Shown: positions 11,713 through 25,357, counted from the stretch's first letter. The stretch is 64,000 nt of DNA from Psammoneis japonica (GCA_008632985.1 QPGO01000097.1:62001-126000); one strand, 5' to 3'. Notes: a model not told the origin generated them from the letters alone. Program-made: numbers and translations.

Positions 11713-14282
11713 CCTTCTTTGGCCAAATAAAAGCACCAGCAGCCCACTCCGTTGTTCCGGCCTCTTCAAGAACGCCAAGAGTCGCCAAATGATCCAGCTC
11801 TCATTTGAAAGTCTTGAGATCATTGTGCGGCACTGCGTGCGCTCGAGAATGGTGAGGAACAGCGTCAGGATCAATGTCAAGGTGAACTTTTTGCCAGCAC
11901 ACTGGCCAAGAGTGCCATCAAAAAGAGCAGCATGTTTTTCCAACACAAGGCGTAATTTTTCTTGTTGTTCAGTGGTGAGGTGCTTCTGAGCCGACGCTGC
12001 TTCAGAAGGGGACTTTTCCTCATGCTTTGCATCGAGGATGTGGCTGTCCCATGCATCATCATCATCAGCCAGCTCATCAGTCAAGTCGTCAAGCCACTGC
12101 TGGATGCTGATCTGATGGTTTCTTGGTTTCATTGCAATGCTTGAATCAAGCCACTTGATGATCCCGTGTTCGAAATCTAACGTGATGCCTGCTCTCGCCA
12201 AGAAGTCCTGTCCAAGGATCACATCGTGCTGGCAAGGTGAGTCAAACACACATGCATGCATGCCATCAATGCGTTTTGTCTTGTCAAATTCAGGGAGCAC
12301 CATGTCCCGCAGTCGAACGCAACAAGCAGATTTGAATTCTCCCGCCAACATCCGAAACTTCGCAACAATTGGCCCTGTTTCCTCCAATGCTGGCACCGCT
12401 CCAATTGGCAACACCCACGCATGAATCATTGAACGGGTTCCACCGGAGTCAAGCAACACCCGCATCACGCGCTTGCTTTCCTCATCTTGCACAAATTGTG
12501 CCGTGAATGAGGTTGCAGGGACCACGTTCAAAGGTTTGGTTGGTTTTGTTTTTGGGGTTGGTGCAGCGCACTCAAGTCCCACATCGTCTTTGTCATTCAC
12601 AGTGTGATTTTCGAAATCGTCATCATCAAACAAATCAGCAGCACACACATGACAATCATCAGCACAATCAGTGCAATCATCAAACATGTGGGAATCATGA
12701 GCGACACACTCGGACGACAGCTCTTCAAGCTCATTGGGTCAGTGTCGACCGCGTCCTGAGAAGCGACCACCAGGTCGAAAACTTCCCGCTCCACCTTGAC
12801 ACTCACAAGGCCCTCCCATTGAATCAAGATGATGGCTTTCAGCAGACCAATCATTGGGAGGAGCCATTCTGGCTGGATTGCCGCAACCGCCGCCATCTGC
12901 ACTGGTTCGGGTGTCGTTTTGATGTTGCATGTGGGAGCCACCATCTTCATGATGCTCGCCGCTGTTGCCGCCAGAGTTGCAGTTTCCTCAACCGCCACAA
13001 TTTCCTTGGCCACTGCCACGACCTTGACAGCCACGGCCTTGCCAACCACGACCTTGATTTCCACCACAACCTCGACCTCCACCGCGACCGCCACCTCGAC
13101 CACCACGGCCACCATGCCCGCGACCGCCACGATCAGTTCTTGGACAGCAGTTGTTGGAGTCGGGATTCATGATGCAATCTTTCCACTTGTGATTGTGAGT
13201 GTGCAATGGACGCTGGGTTTCTGGGTCAACGCGATTGCCTTTCTTCTCATTGGAGCCACCTTTGGACTGTCCATCTTTGCGCTTTTTCAACGTCTTCTTG
13301 TTCCCATCCGCAAACGATTTCTCCGTGCTCACATGCGTGACAATCTCCGCCAGTGCATCATTTCCAATCGTGCGTCCTGCTCTTGTGTGCATCTCGCGCC
13401 ACGACAGAGGGAAGCTGTCAAAAATCATCTTCTTCTTCTGGTTCTGAGCAACAACTGGATTGTTTCCCTGCAACTTGTTTGTGCATTGCACCAAAGTTTC
13501 CATTCGATCTGCGTGTGCCTGCACTTCAATGTCATGGAAAAAAAAAATATGTCAAGCTAGAAACAAAAAAAAAACTTCAAAAATGGCCTCCCGGAATTGC
13601 CATGGTGAGATTGGACCATTCATCTTCGGCTGCATCCACCAACACTTCTTCAAAGTTGTCAAACAATTCTTCTCCTGCAGTGAATTCAAGTTTTGCAGCC
13701 AGTTTACAAAAACGGTCTTCCACAGACAACAACGCTTCAACCCCATTGCTTCCATCAAAACAAGGGCACTTTTTCGTACGCGTGCTACCATCATCACACG
13801 ATTGGGTCAGTTTTGCAAGTTCCAAATCGAATGGGCAAATTTCGCAGCATGCAAGATGCGCGGTTCCTCAAGGCTCTCACGATTGCTCATCAGGCCAAGT
13901 TGGTCCACCAAGGAACTGTTTCAAGCACTCTACCTTTGACTCGAGTTGTGCCACTCGAATCGCCAAATTCTGTTCGCGTTGTTTCCGTGTCTCCTTTTCT
14001 CGTTTTTGTTCCAAAGCCCAGTTCGCTGCCTTTGCTCTCAAAGTTCTCTTCTCTTGTTTTGCAAGCCTGTCAGTTGCATCGTTGTTTCTCATTCAGCTCT
14101 TTACAATCGACTGCAGTTGCAGCGCAAGCTCAAGCTGAGGTTGACGTCAAAACAAGGAAGTGAGCAGACCGAAGAGAGGGAGAGCCCAAGCGTCAGCGAG
14201 CGCTGGCGAGCCCTCTCAAACGGCCACGTTAATCCAATGTCCAAAATCAGTGCTGTGCGTCAGAAGCGTGCGAGTGAGTCAC

Positions 14283-14513
14283 TGCAAAAATGTCAAAGTC
14301 ATTCTGTCAACGTCATTTCGGACATTTCCACATGTCGCTCACGTCATCAAGATTCAAATCTCTTCTCTTCTCACAAATTCGGTCGTTGAGACCTCTCGTC
14401 AGTTTGCAATCATAATTTCTCCACAGAGAACTTTGACAACGACTTCTGCTGCTCTGTTGCAACCTTGAGCTCTTGCTCTTTCTAACACAAGCTACTTTGT
14501 CGCATCTTTAGTG
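14283..14513 (+). repeat. Copia 5' LTR
   Basis: Aligns end to end with 21720-21949; followed by GTTGCGAGTCCC, a putative primer-binding site. Confidence 0.93.
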
Positions 14514-15076
14514 GTTGCGAGTCCCAATTTCGCATGGCGTTCGTTCCGCCGCCGGGAAAGCGCTGTCGATTGGGTCACCGAAGCTTCCATCCGCCACCAA
14601 CGTCGATTCGTTCGTTTCCGCCAAAACGGTCGCGTTGTTTGACGTCTGAACGACACCTCCAGTCAACATCAGACACTCCCTACGTTGCCACCAGCCGCCG
14701 TTGTTCGATTGACAAGCTGGCAGCCCATTTTGCTTCGCGGAATCGACCCACGATCTCCAACGAGTTCCGAATTTGAAACCCCAACGTCCGTGTGTTTCAA
14801 ACCAAACCCGGATCGAGTTCCTGCGACTCTCCGGTCCTTTGTCAATCAAGAACAGCTCCTCAAGTCACGCCACGGGTTGCTCATGTCGTGCTGTTGATTG
14901 TTGCAATCGTTTGGCGCCATTCTACAAGCTCTGCAACTCGAAGTTCGTTCTGTTGATCCGTTGTTGAGTTGACTGCGTACATTTGGCACCACAGCTACAC
15001 AAAAGTTGTCTCTGCCATGACGAACAATCCTCCTCCGCCCAAGACTCCCACCAGTCAGCCTCCGCCACCTCCCGCG

Positions 15077-15235
15077 GCACAACAAAACCAGTCGACAGGT
15101 GCTGCTGCACAACAGAGCCAGTCGACCGGTGCTGCCGCTCAACAGAACCAGTCTGCTGGTGCCACCGCTCAACAGAATCAGTCTGCTGGTGCTGCCACTC
15201 AACAGAACCAGTCTGCCGGTGCCGCTGCTCAACAG
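15077..15235 (+). repeat. 30-bp coding tandem repeat (about 5.3 copies, AQQNQSxGAA) at the Copia gag N-terminus
   Basis: GCTCAACAGAACCAGTCTGCTGGTGCYRCY-type units with period 30. Confidence 0.9.
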
Positions 15236-18200
15236 TCGTCACGCTCCAACCAACAGTCGTCGCGTTCTGACGTTCAGCACCCTCGTCCACCTCCAATCCG
15301 TGGCGGAATCCATCCGGAATGTGGTCGCCACATGGGTGGATCACCGCTGAATGATGAGCACCATCTCAAGCTCAAGCGTGCCTGTCGCTCCACCAACCAG
15401 TCTCGGGACAAGAAGATTCTTCCTCATGTAGAGCGCAATCTCCGAGATGCCTGAGATGGAACCGACGTTGTCAAGTTTGACGGGAACCTGGAGATTCCCA
15501 ATGGCAAGACGAATGAGCTTGACAAGGAACACTTCGTTCAAGCAGTCCGCACATTGGTGAATGAGCATGGATTGGAAATTTTTTTCATGAAGTTGGACAA
15601 GAAGGTCGTTGACCTCTTCACTCACCTCCACAGCTTCGCCGTCGACGAGGTCATTGCGGAGTGTGACGAACGCGCCAACAAGGCGACAGACGATTCGGCA
15701 CGCGACGAATGTGAGCATGACGACATCAATCTTTCACGTCTTGTTGTCGAGTCTCGCATCACTCACCAATTCCGCGAGAAGATTGAAACTCAATTTGGTC
15801 ATCGCGACCTCTTCCGATGCTGCCCTGGGCAAATCATTTTCACGATGGCACTTGAGACTTGCAATGCCTCCACCATGCATGATGTTGCTCAAGCCGCTGG
15901 AGACTTCAAGGCTTTGACGCTTGACTCCTGTGCTGGCGAGGATGTCACCAAGTTTGCTGCCGAAGCTCTCGTCTCACCAAGATCCTGCAAACAGGATGCG
16001 CGCTCCCCGTCTCTCTTGGGTCCAATCTCCTTTGGAAGTGCTCCAAGACCTCTGGCGAAGCATTCAATCGAGCAATCTTGCCCAGTTGGACAAGGTGACG
16101 GCCATGGAACGCAAGCATTGTTTGACGGACCCAGCGCCACTTGCCAAGGACAAGGACTGCGAAACTCTTGGTCCGACCGCGTGCATCACCTTCCTTCAGA
16201 CGAGGCATTGCAGCTTCGTCACCGACAAGGACTGGCCCAGTCTCTCTGCCAAACTCCCTCAGGGTGGCCACACCAAGCGCAAGGGAGCTTGCAATGCTTG
16301 TGGTGCTCCAGACCACTGGGCTGACGACAAAAAGTGTCCCAAGCATGCGGAGCATCAGCGCCTGAAGAAGCTTGCCCGCCAACAACAAAAGGGCCAACTG
16401 CCAGCAGGTGCTCCACCCCCTCCTTCCACGTCTCCTCCCGGTGCTGTTGCTCCAGCAAATGCACCTGCGGACAAACAAGCGAAGTTCAAGGAGCTGTTGG
16501 CGAACGAGCCCCATCGCTGCACTTGTCCGGCTGATCTCAACCAGCCAGTTGTGAACAAGTGTGGTTCGACTGCTTGCTTTTGTGCCAAGTGCACGTGCCG
16601 CCACACTGGTGTCAAGGGCCTCTGTGCTGGTCACAAGGATGCCGCCCATGCCAACAAGCCACCCAAGAAGAAACAGCCAGATGCCAACCTTGCTGCCGTG
16701 GCCGATCCCAATTCTGGCGTGCCTGCTGGGCCACCCGCTCAGACCACCGCCGATCCTGCGTCTTCCAAGCCCGATCCGTCGTCCGACGATGATGCTCCCC
16801 CCGTTTCGGAGGAGGAACCAGTCTGGACCGGGTTCCATTGCTGTCCTGTCGAGGACGCATCCGGCAACACTGCTCCCGTTGCGCAAGTCTCCGTCCTTTC
16901 TGGTCCCACCGTTGAGAGGGAGCAGCGCACAATTTTGGTTGAGACGGTTGACCCGGAAGACGCTGACGATTTCAGCGATTGCTGCGACACTTGCGACAAT
17001 TTGGGTTGGGATGATTCGGTCATCCTCTTTCCTGCTTCGATGTTCCCACCGGAGCCTTCTATCTTGGACGATCCGCCGCCTCCTGTTGAGTCTCCTGAAC
17101 TTGACAACGAGTTCTACGATGCGATCTCTGAGCCTGCTCCGAACATCCTTGACGTGGAACCTCAGCCTGCTTCTTGCTGGCTCTGGTCCCTCCTCAAGAT
17201 CCCAGTCTTTTGGTTCTCTGCTCTTCTTTGGGAAGGCATCCTGTGGCTGGCGGGTGCTGGTGGTGATCCGCCGCTGCCCTCGCGTCGCCATCGCCGTCTC
17301 AAGCGCAAGCCTGCTCTTTTCAGTCATCCGTGTCGTTGGGGCGTGATCTCCTGTGCGATTGCGCTTTGGCTCTCCGTCTGTCTCGGACGAGCCCAGCCCC
17401 ATCCTGGTGTTCCTTTGCAGCACCTCTGCTCTCAGACCACGCGGTTGTTCAAGCTTTTGACGAACGTGTCGTCTTGACCCCTGGCACCCTGCTGCAGTGT
17501 CATCATCTGAAGATCAAGCAGTTCCAGCGTGAGGTCTTGGCACCAGAGGGAGCAACGCATGACACGACGACCTCACCTTTCAAGCTTCACGAGTTGATCA
17601 AGGCCTGTGAGCTTGATGACTGCTTTGACACCTGTGAGGACCTGCCTGTCTTTCAAGAGTCCTTCTTTGATGCTGCTGCCTTTTGCGAGTCGGACTTCTC
17701 CAGTCCTGACATCTTTGGGATCTCCGAGTTGTGTTGAGCCCACCATGTGGTCGACTGCACCGAGTTCCAACCTTCTGTCGCGGAGCTGGTTGCTCAAGCT
17801 GCCAGTGCGTCCCCTGCTTCTATTGGACAACCTGCTGCAGCTGCTGTCCAGGCTCTCACAGGAGCCACCCACCTGTCTTGCCTGGCTGGGGACCCCGCCG
17901 TTCTCATGTCCATCAGGCAGTCGTCACTGGAGGTTGTCTTCGACACTGGCGCCTCGCTCGCCATCTCTCCAGATGAGGAAGACTTTGATGGCGAGATTGA
18001 ATTGCCATCTAAGCCTCTCAAGCTTGGCGGGATGGCTGGCGGCCTTCCCGTCAAGGGCGTTGGTGCTGTCTCTTGGTGCTTCCAGGCTGCCGACGGCAGC
18101 GACATCAATGCCCAGACTCGCTGCTGCCATGTCCCTCGTTCCAAGGTGCGCCTCCTGTCCCCTCAACGTCTCTTTCATCCTGCGGGTGTTCAAGGCCATT

Positions 18201-21200
18201 TTTGGGGTGACAGTGAGATCTTCAAGATTTGTTTTTACAGCACACCCGAGATCCAAGTTCCATGCGATGAGCGCTCGAACTTGCCAGTTGGTTGTGCATC
18301 TTGCGGTGCTGTGTTCACTCCTCAGGTCAATTTGAGTGCCATCGCTGACCCTGACAATCTAAATCTGTCCTCTGGGCAGAAGCTGCTCGTGGACACACAT
18401 GCTTGGTTTGGGCATCTCAATTTTCCATGCATCCAAGCTCTTCTCTGCTGGCCTCCTTTCACCGCTCTCAAGTTCGCGTCTGCTTCCAAGTGTGACATCC
18501 CCAAATGCGACACCTGCGAGCATGCCAAGGCTCACCGCCGTCCTGCCAAAGCCCAACAAAAGACTGCTGTCCCTGAGCGTGATGGTGCACTCAAGGCTGG
18601 TCATCTCCATCCAGGTCAGTCTGTGAGCGTTGATCACTTCGAGTCGCGTCTGAAGGGTCTCACCTGCGATTCCTGTGGCAAACCCTCCTCCCAGCAGCAT
18701 GTTGGCGGCTGTGTTTTCGTCGATCATGCCTCTGGGTTCATGCACATTGAGCATCAAGTTGGTTTCTCTGCAGTTGAGACGATGCGGGCAAAACAAGGTC
18801 ATGAGCAGATGGCTCTGGGTCACGGCGTCGTCGCGCAGAGGAGTGCCTCACCGACAATGGTGCTTTCAAGGCCAACAAGTTTGTCACCCACATCTGCGAA
18901 TCTCAGCAGTGCATCCACTGTTGTGGAACAAACGCCCATCACCAGAACGGTGTTGTGGAGCGGTCCATTCGTTCCATGTCCAACATGGCGCGAGCCATGA
19001 TCCTCCACGCGTCCATCCATTGGCGCAGTGGTGTTGACAGCTCCTTGTGGCCTGTGGCAGTCAACTGTGCCACCCACATTTGCAACAACACTCCAGGATC
19101 AAATGGACTTTGTCCTGCCGACATTTTCACCGGATCCACCGTCCCACGCCACCGTTTGCTCGATTTACATGCTTGGGGTTGTCCTGTCTACGTCTTGGAT
19201 CCCAAGTTGCAGCAAGGACAGAAATTGCCGTGTTGGCAACCATGATCACGGCGTGGTGTTTTTCTTGGCCTCAGCTTGGTTCGCGCCAGCGAGGTTCCAC
19301 TGGTCCTGAACTTGAATGCCGGGTCCATTGCTCCTCAGCATCATGTGGCATTCGACGATCTCTTTGCCACGGTTGCATCGATCGAGAGGGAGAGCGAGCC
19401 ACCTGATCACTGGGAAGAGCTCTGTTTGGAGAGTGTCACCCAGATGCCACTGGATTCGAGCAACAAACAATTGTTCCTCCAAGATGATTGGCTTGCTCCC
19501 ACAGAACTCAAGCAGAAACGGCGACATGAAGAACGTGAGCATCTCATCAGGAATGCATGTCAACAACAGCCTGCCACCACAAAGTCTTCAAAGCCTGTCG
19601 CTCCAGTTGTCAAACCGCCGCCATCCACACGTCCCAATGCGTCCATGCCATCCAATGCAGACGACTTGCCATTGGCACCACCCCAGGAACCGCCATTGCA
19701 GCCACCGCAAAACCCCAATCCATCAACGAGCGATTCTGAAGTTGGTCACACACTGCCTCTCATGCATCCGCCACCTCAATCTGGCCCAGAGTCATCGGAC
19801 ATCCCAGTCCCGGCTTCTGATGTTCCAGTCCCATCCACGACTGAGCAGAACGTGCGTCGCTCACAAAGATCAAACAAAGGCAAGCGAGCTACAACTCGTT
19901 TTGCCGACGAAGTCTATTCAGCCTCAGTCGAGCCATTGGATGCTGGAGGACACCATTCCCAGCTCGCCTGTCTCGCTGAGATCCAGACCTGCCATGACAG
20001 TGGACAATTGGACATTCAAGACCCTCGTGTCTACGCTACAAAGGCCAAGAAGAATGACGATGCGCTGAACATGCGAGAAGCTCTCACGGGCGAATTCGCT
20101 GAGCAATGCGTCGAGGCCATGAAGACCAAAGTGATTTGCACTTGTTCATTGTAAAACTTGGAAATTTGTCAAGCGAGATTCATCTGTGAATGCATTGAAA
20201 TCAACATGGGCATTTAAGTTGAAACGCTCACCCGACGGCACTCCGCTGAAACTCAAGGCTCGATTTTGTTGTCGTGGCAATTTGCAGCAAGAGGGAGTCG
20301 ACCACTTCGAGACTTACGCTCCAGTGGTCCAGTGGTCGACTGTTCGTTTGCTGTTGAGTGCTGCATTGCAAGAAGGGTGGACAACTCGTCAAGTTGACTG
20401 CACAAATGCGTTTGCACAAGCTGATGTCGCTGAAGACGTTTGTGTCGAACCTCCCAAGTGCTTTGGTCATCCTTCAGGTACGAACGTGGTTCTCAAGCTG
20501 CTCAAGACGCTCTGTGGGTTGAAACAAGCCCCGAAATGCTTCTGCGAAAAGCTCCGCGAAGGATTGCTTGAACGAGGGTGGATTCAGTCAGCTGTAGATC
20601 CATGTCTGTTCTTCAAGGATGGTGTGATTTGTGTTGCACACGTCGACAACACTGTCCTCGCTGGTGCCAACGGAGACCTTCTGGAATGCGAGATTGCCGC
20701 TCCAGGAATTCAAAAGGAAGAACAACGTCATGTTTTCGAGCTTCGTAACAAAGGAGAAGTTGGCGACTTCCCAGGTGTCAAGATTCGCAAGACCGGACCC
20801 AAGGAGTTCCTGCCAACTCAACCAGGTCTGACCGACAAGGTCCTCAAAGCTGCTGGCATGGAAGATTGTCGTCCTTCTCCCACGCCTTGCACTGCTTCTC
20901 CATGCCATGCTGATTCAGAGGGAGCCGATTTTGCCAAACCATGGGATTGCCGATCTGTTGTCGGGATGCTCATGTGCTTGTCGGCAAACTCCCGTCCCGA
21001 TGTCACGCGCGCTGCTCATCAAGCCGCTCGCTTCTCCTGCGCTCCTGAACACTCTCATGCTGTTGCAGTGAAGCGCATTCTTTGTCATCTTCAAGGTGCC
21101 AAGGATGAGGGCCTCCATCCATGCCCCAGCAACAACAAACGAGTTGATTGTTTCGTGGATGCCGATTTTGCTGGACTCTGCGGTCATGAAAACTCCCAAG

Positions 21201-21719
21201 ACCCCGTGAGTGTCAAGTCTCGTACAGGATGCGTCATTTTGCATTGTGGCTGTCCTGTTCTGTGGGTCTCCGAGCTACAGACGCAGGTTGCCCTCTCTGC
21301 TGTGGAGGCAGAACATCTGGCACTGTCAGCTGGCATGCACGACCTGATTCTGATCCGAGAAATTTTGAAAGAAATTCAGCATCACGCACTCGGGCGCAAG
21401 AATGCTTCTGCTCCCACTGCTGCCAAATCCAAAGCCTTTTCTGATGTGAAAGACGGTGCGATTCCCTCCTCCATTGTCTGCGAGGACAATCAAGCGTGTC
21501 TCAAGTTTGCGAAAATGGCGAAGATGTCTCCTCGCACCAAACACATTGGTGTTCCCTGTCATTGGTTCCGCACTAAAGTTGAAGTGCTCGAGATCGTCAT
21601 TGAGCCTGCAGGAACCGACTCTCAGCTTGCAGATCAGTTCACAAAGGGGTCAGCCCAAGCTCTGTTTGAATCCGGTCGGAAGAGTCTGTCTGGCTGGTGG
21701 CTCTGCGGTTGAGAGGGAG

Positions 21720-21949
21720 AGTCAAAACATCAAAGTCATTCTGTCAACATCATTTGGACATTTCCACATGTCGCTCACGTCATTGAGATTCAAATCTCTT
21801 CTCTTCTCACAAATTTGGTCGTTGAGACCTCTCGTCAGTTTGCAATCATAATTTCTCCATGGAGAACTTTGACAATGACTTCTGCCACTCTGTTGCAACC
21901 TTGAGCTCTTGCTCTTTCTAACACAAGCTGCTTTGTTGCATCTTTAGCA
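21720..21949 (+). repeat. Copia 3' LTR
   Basis: Begins immediately after the PPT and ends TTAGCA. Confidence 0.93.
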
Positions 21950-22259
21950 AGAGTGACGTGCATGACCAAAAGGCAGGTTCGAAAGCACAACCCAACTGCC
22001 GTGCATTCAAAACGGTCTTTATCTTCCACAATGTTGAATTTGTCAGCATGTTGACAGAGGTGGTTTTGAACAGTTAAACTTGTTGATGCAGCAATGAAAC
22101 TGACGTTGCGGTGCAATCTAGAATGATCCGGCAATGCAACAAAATGCCACAAAGCCATGTGCAGATTTGATGTTGCAACCTTGGATGCGCACAACCATTG
22201 ATTCCATCGACGAGGAACAGGTGGACTGGTCCACACCAGAAGCAACTTTCATTGACCAC

Positions 22260-25200
22260 TTTTGTTGTCACAGAGTGATTGGGGAGTGGAAGGGGTGATG
22301 GGTCTGGGGAAAGGTGTGGCGGAAGGGTCGTGTGAAGCGCGCCAGGGCCCTGGGGGATGGAGAGAAAAAGGGTGGGCCAAGAGTGCGGACAGACGGTTGA
22401 GAGGAGGAGTTGGCAATGGCAGGGTGGCGGAGGAGAAGGGCTTGATGCACAGAAAGATGGGTGGAAAGAGCAAAGCCGAAGCCAAGACAGAGGATTTGGG
22501 AGGCCCAAAGCGACGGTGTTGAGGTGTGGTGTGAAGAGCCGAAGCGGTCTTGAGAGAGTTGTTTCCAGGCCACGTTGGAGGTGGCAAGGAGATGGAGGGT
22601 GCGAGGAGTGAGTTGGTGCGGGCGGAAAAGGATGGTTGAGAGTTGGAAAAGGAGGTGGGACTTGTCCAGGGTGGTTTGGGAGGAAGGGGTGGCATGGAGG
22701 AAGAAGTTGTGGTGGAGGTGCCGAAGAAAAAGGTGTGGAAATGGCGACAGGTTCCAGCCCCAGGTGGGACTCCGTGTGTCATTGGGCCCGCAGAATTCTG
22801 CATGCAAGCTCCACAGCAAATTCATTGAGCAATGAAAATGCAAATGATCGCCAACAGAAAAAGAGGCAATTTTACGAACGCATCTCCTCCTTCACACTTG
22901 GAGCACATCATCAATGGTTTGCCCGGGTGTGTTCTGCAGACATTGAAGAACGCACCCAGAGCATTTTCATTCTCACAAATGTTGAAAATAGAAAGCCTTT
23001 GGCTTCGCAAAATGGGGAGCATGAACAATTTTGTAGAACATCACATGCAGAAATCTGCGTGCGCGACATGCGACGCGATCCAAAAAACTCTTGACGTCAC
23101 AGTGCAGCACTGCGAGGTCCCACCTGGAGCTGGAACGCGTCTGGCAGCCGATGCCGCCAAGGTGGTCAAGGATGAAGGGGAGAAGGAAGAGACCGGCTTG
23201 GTTGATGGCGTCAATGATGTTGGATCCGTTGGTGAATGATGCAGAGCAACTGAGGAGCTTGTCCCATGTGCTGCTGAGGTGAGCCTTGTCAAGTGGGTTT
23301 TCAGGGACAGGCAAACCAGGTGCAGGAAGCGGGGTGGCAGGCGGCACAGTGACGTCCATGGCCAAAAATTGGTGGGTGGAAGGGGCGTCAGGTGGTGCAG
23401 AGCCAGGTGTGAGTTGGACGCCTGCGTCGGCGGGGCATTTGAGGGGGTGGTCAGATGGGAGGCCGGCAGGGTCAAGGTGCGCTTGTTGTCGAGAAGAGCA
23501 CAGGCCGGACAAGGGGCCCAAAGTTTCGATTGTGGTGCAGACGGTGTCTCAGATGTGGTTTGAGAGATGGCTTTTGTGCATTTTGGAGCAGGTGAAGGCA
23601 TGGTCTCCGCAAGGGTTGGAGCGAGCATGGCCGCATGGGCAGTCGCGTTGGAGCAGGTTGGAAGATGTTGTGGGAAGGCGGAGTTTGCGCAGGAGAAGGA
23701 GTGTGAAGAGGTTCAAAGGGAACCAGTTCGAGGCTGGGGCATGTGACAGAGAGTGGAGGCAGAGACTTGCAAGTGGAGACAGTGGAGATGGGAGAGCTGG
23801 CTGCATGCAAGGATTGGCGAGGATTTGGGGGAGGGTGTCATGTTTGTGATGGCACACATGGAGTCGCTGTGTGAGACTGCGCAGGGTGTGGTGCTGAACA
23901 GCATGTTTTAAAGAGGTGAAGGTGAGAGAGTCAAGTTGAAGAAGGGTGGGGGCGCAGTGGCGGAACACACGGTGCGTGGGTTGGACCATGAGCCAAGCAC
24001 GGAGGAGCGGCTTGAAGGGAGTCGGAAGATGTCGCCGCCGGTGAGTGGGATGCCGTGTTTTGTGTGTCGAGTGGATCTGATTGGTGAGGTCACGAGGGCT
24101 GGGATGCCAACAGCGGAGATGTCATGGTGACTGACGCCACCTGAAGAGACAGGGAGGGTGGCGATGAGTTTAGCGGAGGCAGGGAAGGGATCTGCATGTT
24201 GGGTGAGGTGGGAAAGGAAACGCGGGGAATGTCCAATGATCTTGTCGGTGAAGGGAGACGCCATTTCGAAAGGGGGTGGGAGGTCATTGGAGTGCGCAAG
24301 GCTGCAATGTGCATCGGTGGAGAGGAGGTGGGTCATGGAAGGGATGGAGCATTTGCAGAACAGGGTGCTTTGTGTTTGTTTGTCAGCGAGGCAGGTGACA
24401 AGGTGCAGAAGGTCTGTGGCGAAGACGGAGGCTTTGTCTTGCAGGAAGCTCATGGCGAAGGCGAAGGAGCCGATGGGTTGTCCAAGGAAGCGGACACCGG
24501 TGGTGATCTTGGGCTCAACATGTGTGTCGTTGTTGGGGTCAAGGAAGGTGAGGGCTTTGGAAAGGGCCGCGGCATCGGCGGGTGAGAGGTGGCTGATGGG
24601 AGAGGTGCCTGTGGTGGATGCAAGGATTTTGGTCTTTGAGGTGTTTGGTTTGATGCCGAATTGGGGACCACAGGCAGAGAGTTTCTTGAGAAACCAAGGG
24701 AGCTGGGAAAAGGGCAGGAACATGTGGGTGTTGTCGATGCATGACGAGGTGGCGGATTTGGAGCTGGGTGGGAGTCGGTGATGCAATTCATCATTGATGG
24801 GGGTGAACACATGGGCTGGGACCAGGCATGAGAAGGTGGGGCTGAGAGGACAGCCTTGGGCGAATCCTTCAGGCTGGGAAAAGGAGGGCCATTGCAGTTG
24901 ATGGTCACGATGCCAACAGGCATTGGGGTCTTGACAGAGCAGGTCAAAGAAGGGCACAATGGCTTTTCACTCATCAGAGGCAGCAAGGGTGTCGCGGCAA
25001 GCGTCGCGAGAGCATTCGTTGAAACAGCTGGAGAGGTCGAGGAGAAGGAGGGCTTTTGCAGGTGCAGAGTCAGGGTCGAAGTGACGTTCGACATTGGCGT
25101 GGGTGGTGTCAACAAGGCAGTTGAGACCGCCTTTGATGCCAGTGCCGAATTGGCCTGAGAGCAGGAGGTTGGCAGCAAAGGTGGCGGCAAGGAGAAACAT

Positions 25201-25350
25201 GACAAGGGTGCAGGTGATGCGTCGTAGGGCGGTGCCGACGCCAATGGGTCGGAGCTTGGAAAGGTTGGATGATTCTTTGTGTGGGGCGAGGAAACAGTTG
25301 GAGGCAAAGGCGGGTTTGAGTGGCTGGTGGTTGGTGATTGCATGCAGACT
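22260..25350 (-). mobile_element. 5'-truncated non-LTR retrotransposon, CRE-like (RT plus zinc knuckle plus restriction-like endonuclease)
   Basis: RT motifs LRPIGVG, LLDLSSCFN, GFAQGCPLSP, SCIDN, FLGQPIG; then CPCG...GDHAFTC, KCPAD, MDVTV and DHLGGIG. 3' end reads TGACAACAAAA, consistent with a mutated (TAA)n tail. Confidence 0.88.
22746..23141. mobile_element. 396-bp MITE with 25-bp imperfect TIRs and a 4-bp TSD, inserted in the LINE
   Basis: GACAGGTTCCAGCCCCAGGTGGGAC ... GTCCCACCTGGAGCTGGAACGCGTC; TGGC at 22742-22745 and 23142-23145. Removal restores GGIGCHFHT in the LINE frame. Confidence 0.88.
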
Positions 25351-25357
25351 TTTTCGT

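Larger units (their letters stand above)
7958..14282 (-). mobile_element. Degenerate Ty3/Gypsy LTR retrotransposon (Gypsy-1)
   Basis: gag about 13830-12740, protease LLDSGG about 12450, RT (KLDLSMMHH, AHVDD) about 11900-10800, RNase H (TDASDCQMGAV, FTDHKNL) about 10540-10170, integrase (H-H-C-C, ELIGPW) 9750-9385 truncated after ENKTSSAH. Shared LTR-like sequence GCAAGCTCAAGCTGAGGTTGAYGTCAAAACAAGGAAGTGAG at 7959-7999 and 14124-14164. About 8600-9384 is unassigned sequence. Confidence 0.92.
14283..21949 (+). mobile_element. Full-length but inactivated Ty1/Copia LTR retrotransposon (diatom CoDi-like)
   Basis: Two LTRs of about 230 bp. gag from about 15017 with knuckle CNACGAPDHWADDKKC, protease VFDTGAS about 17940, integrase about 18400-19400, RT (LCGLKQAP, AHVDN) and RNase H (FVDADFAG, CEDN, LADQFTK) in 20186-21712. 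PPT GTTGAGAGGGAG at 21708-21719. Several frameshifts and stops. Confidence 0.97.
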
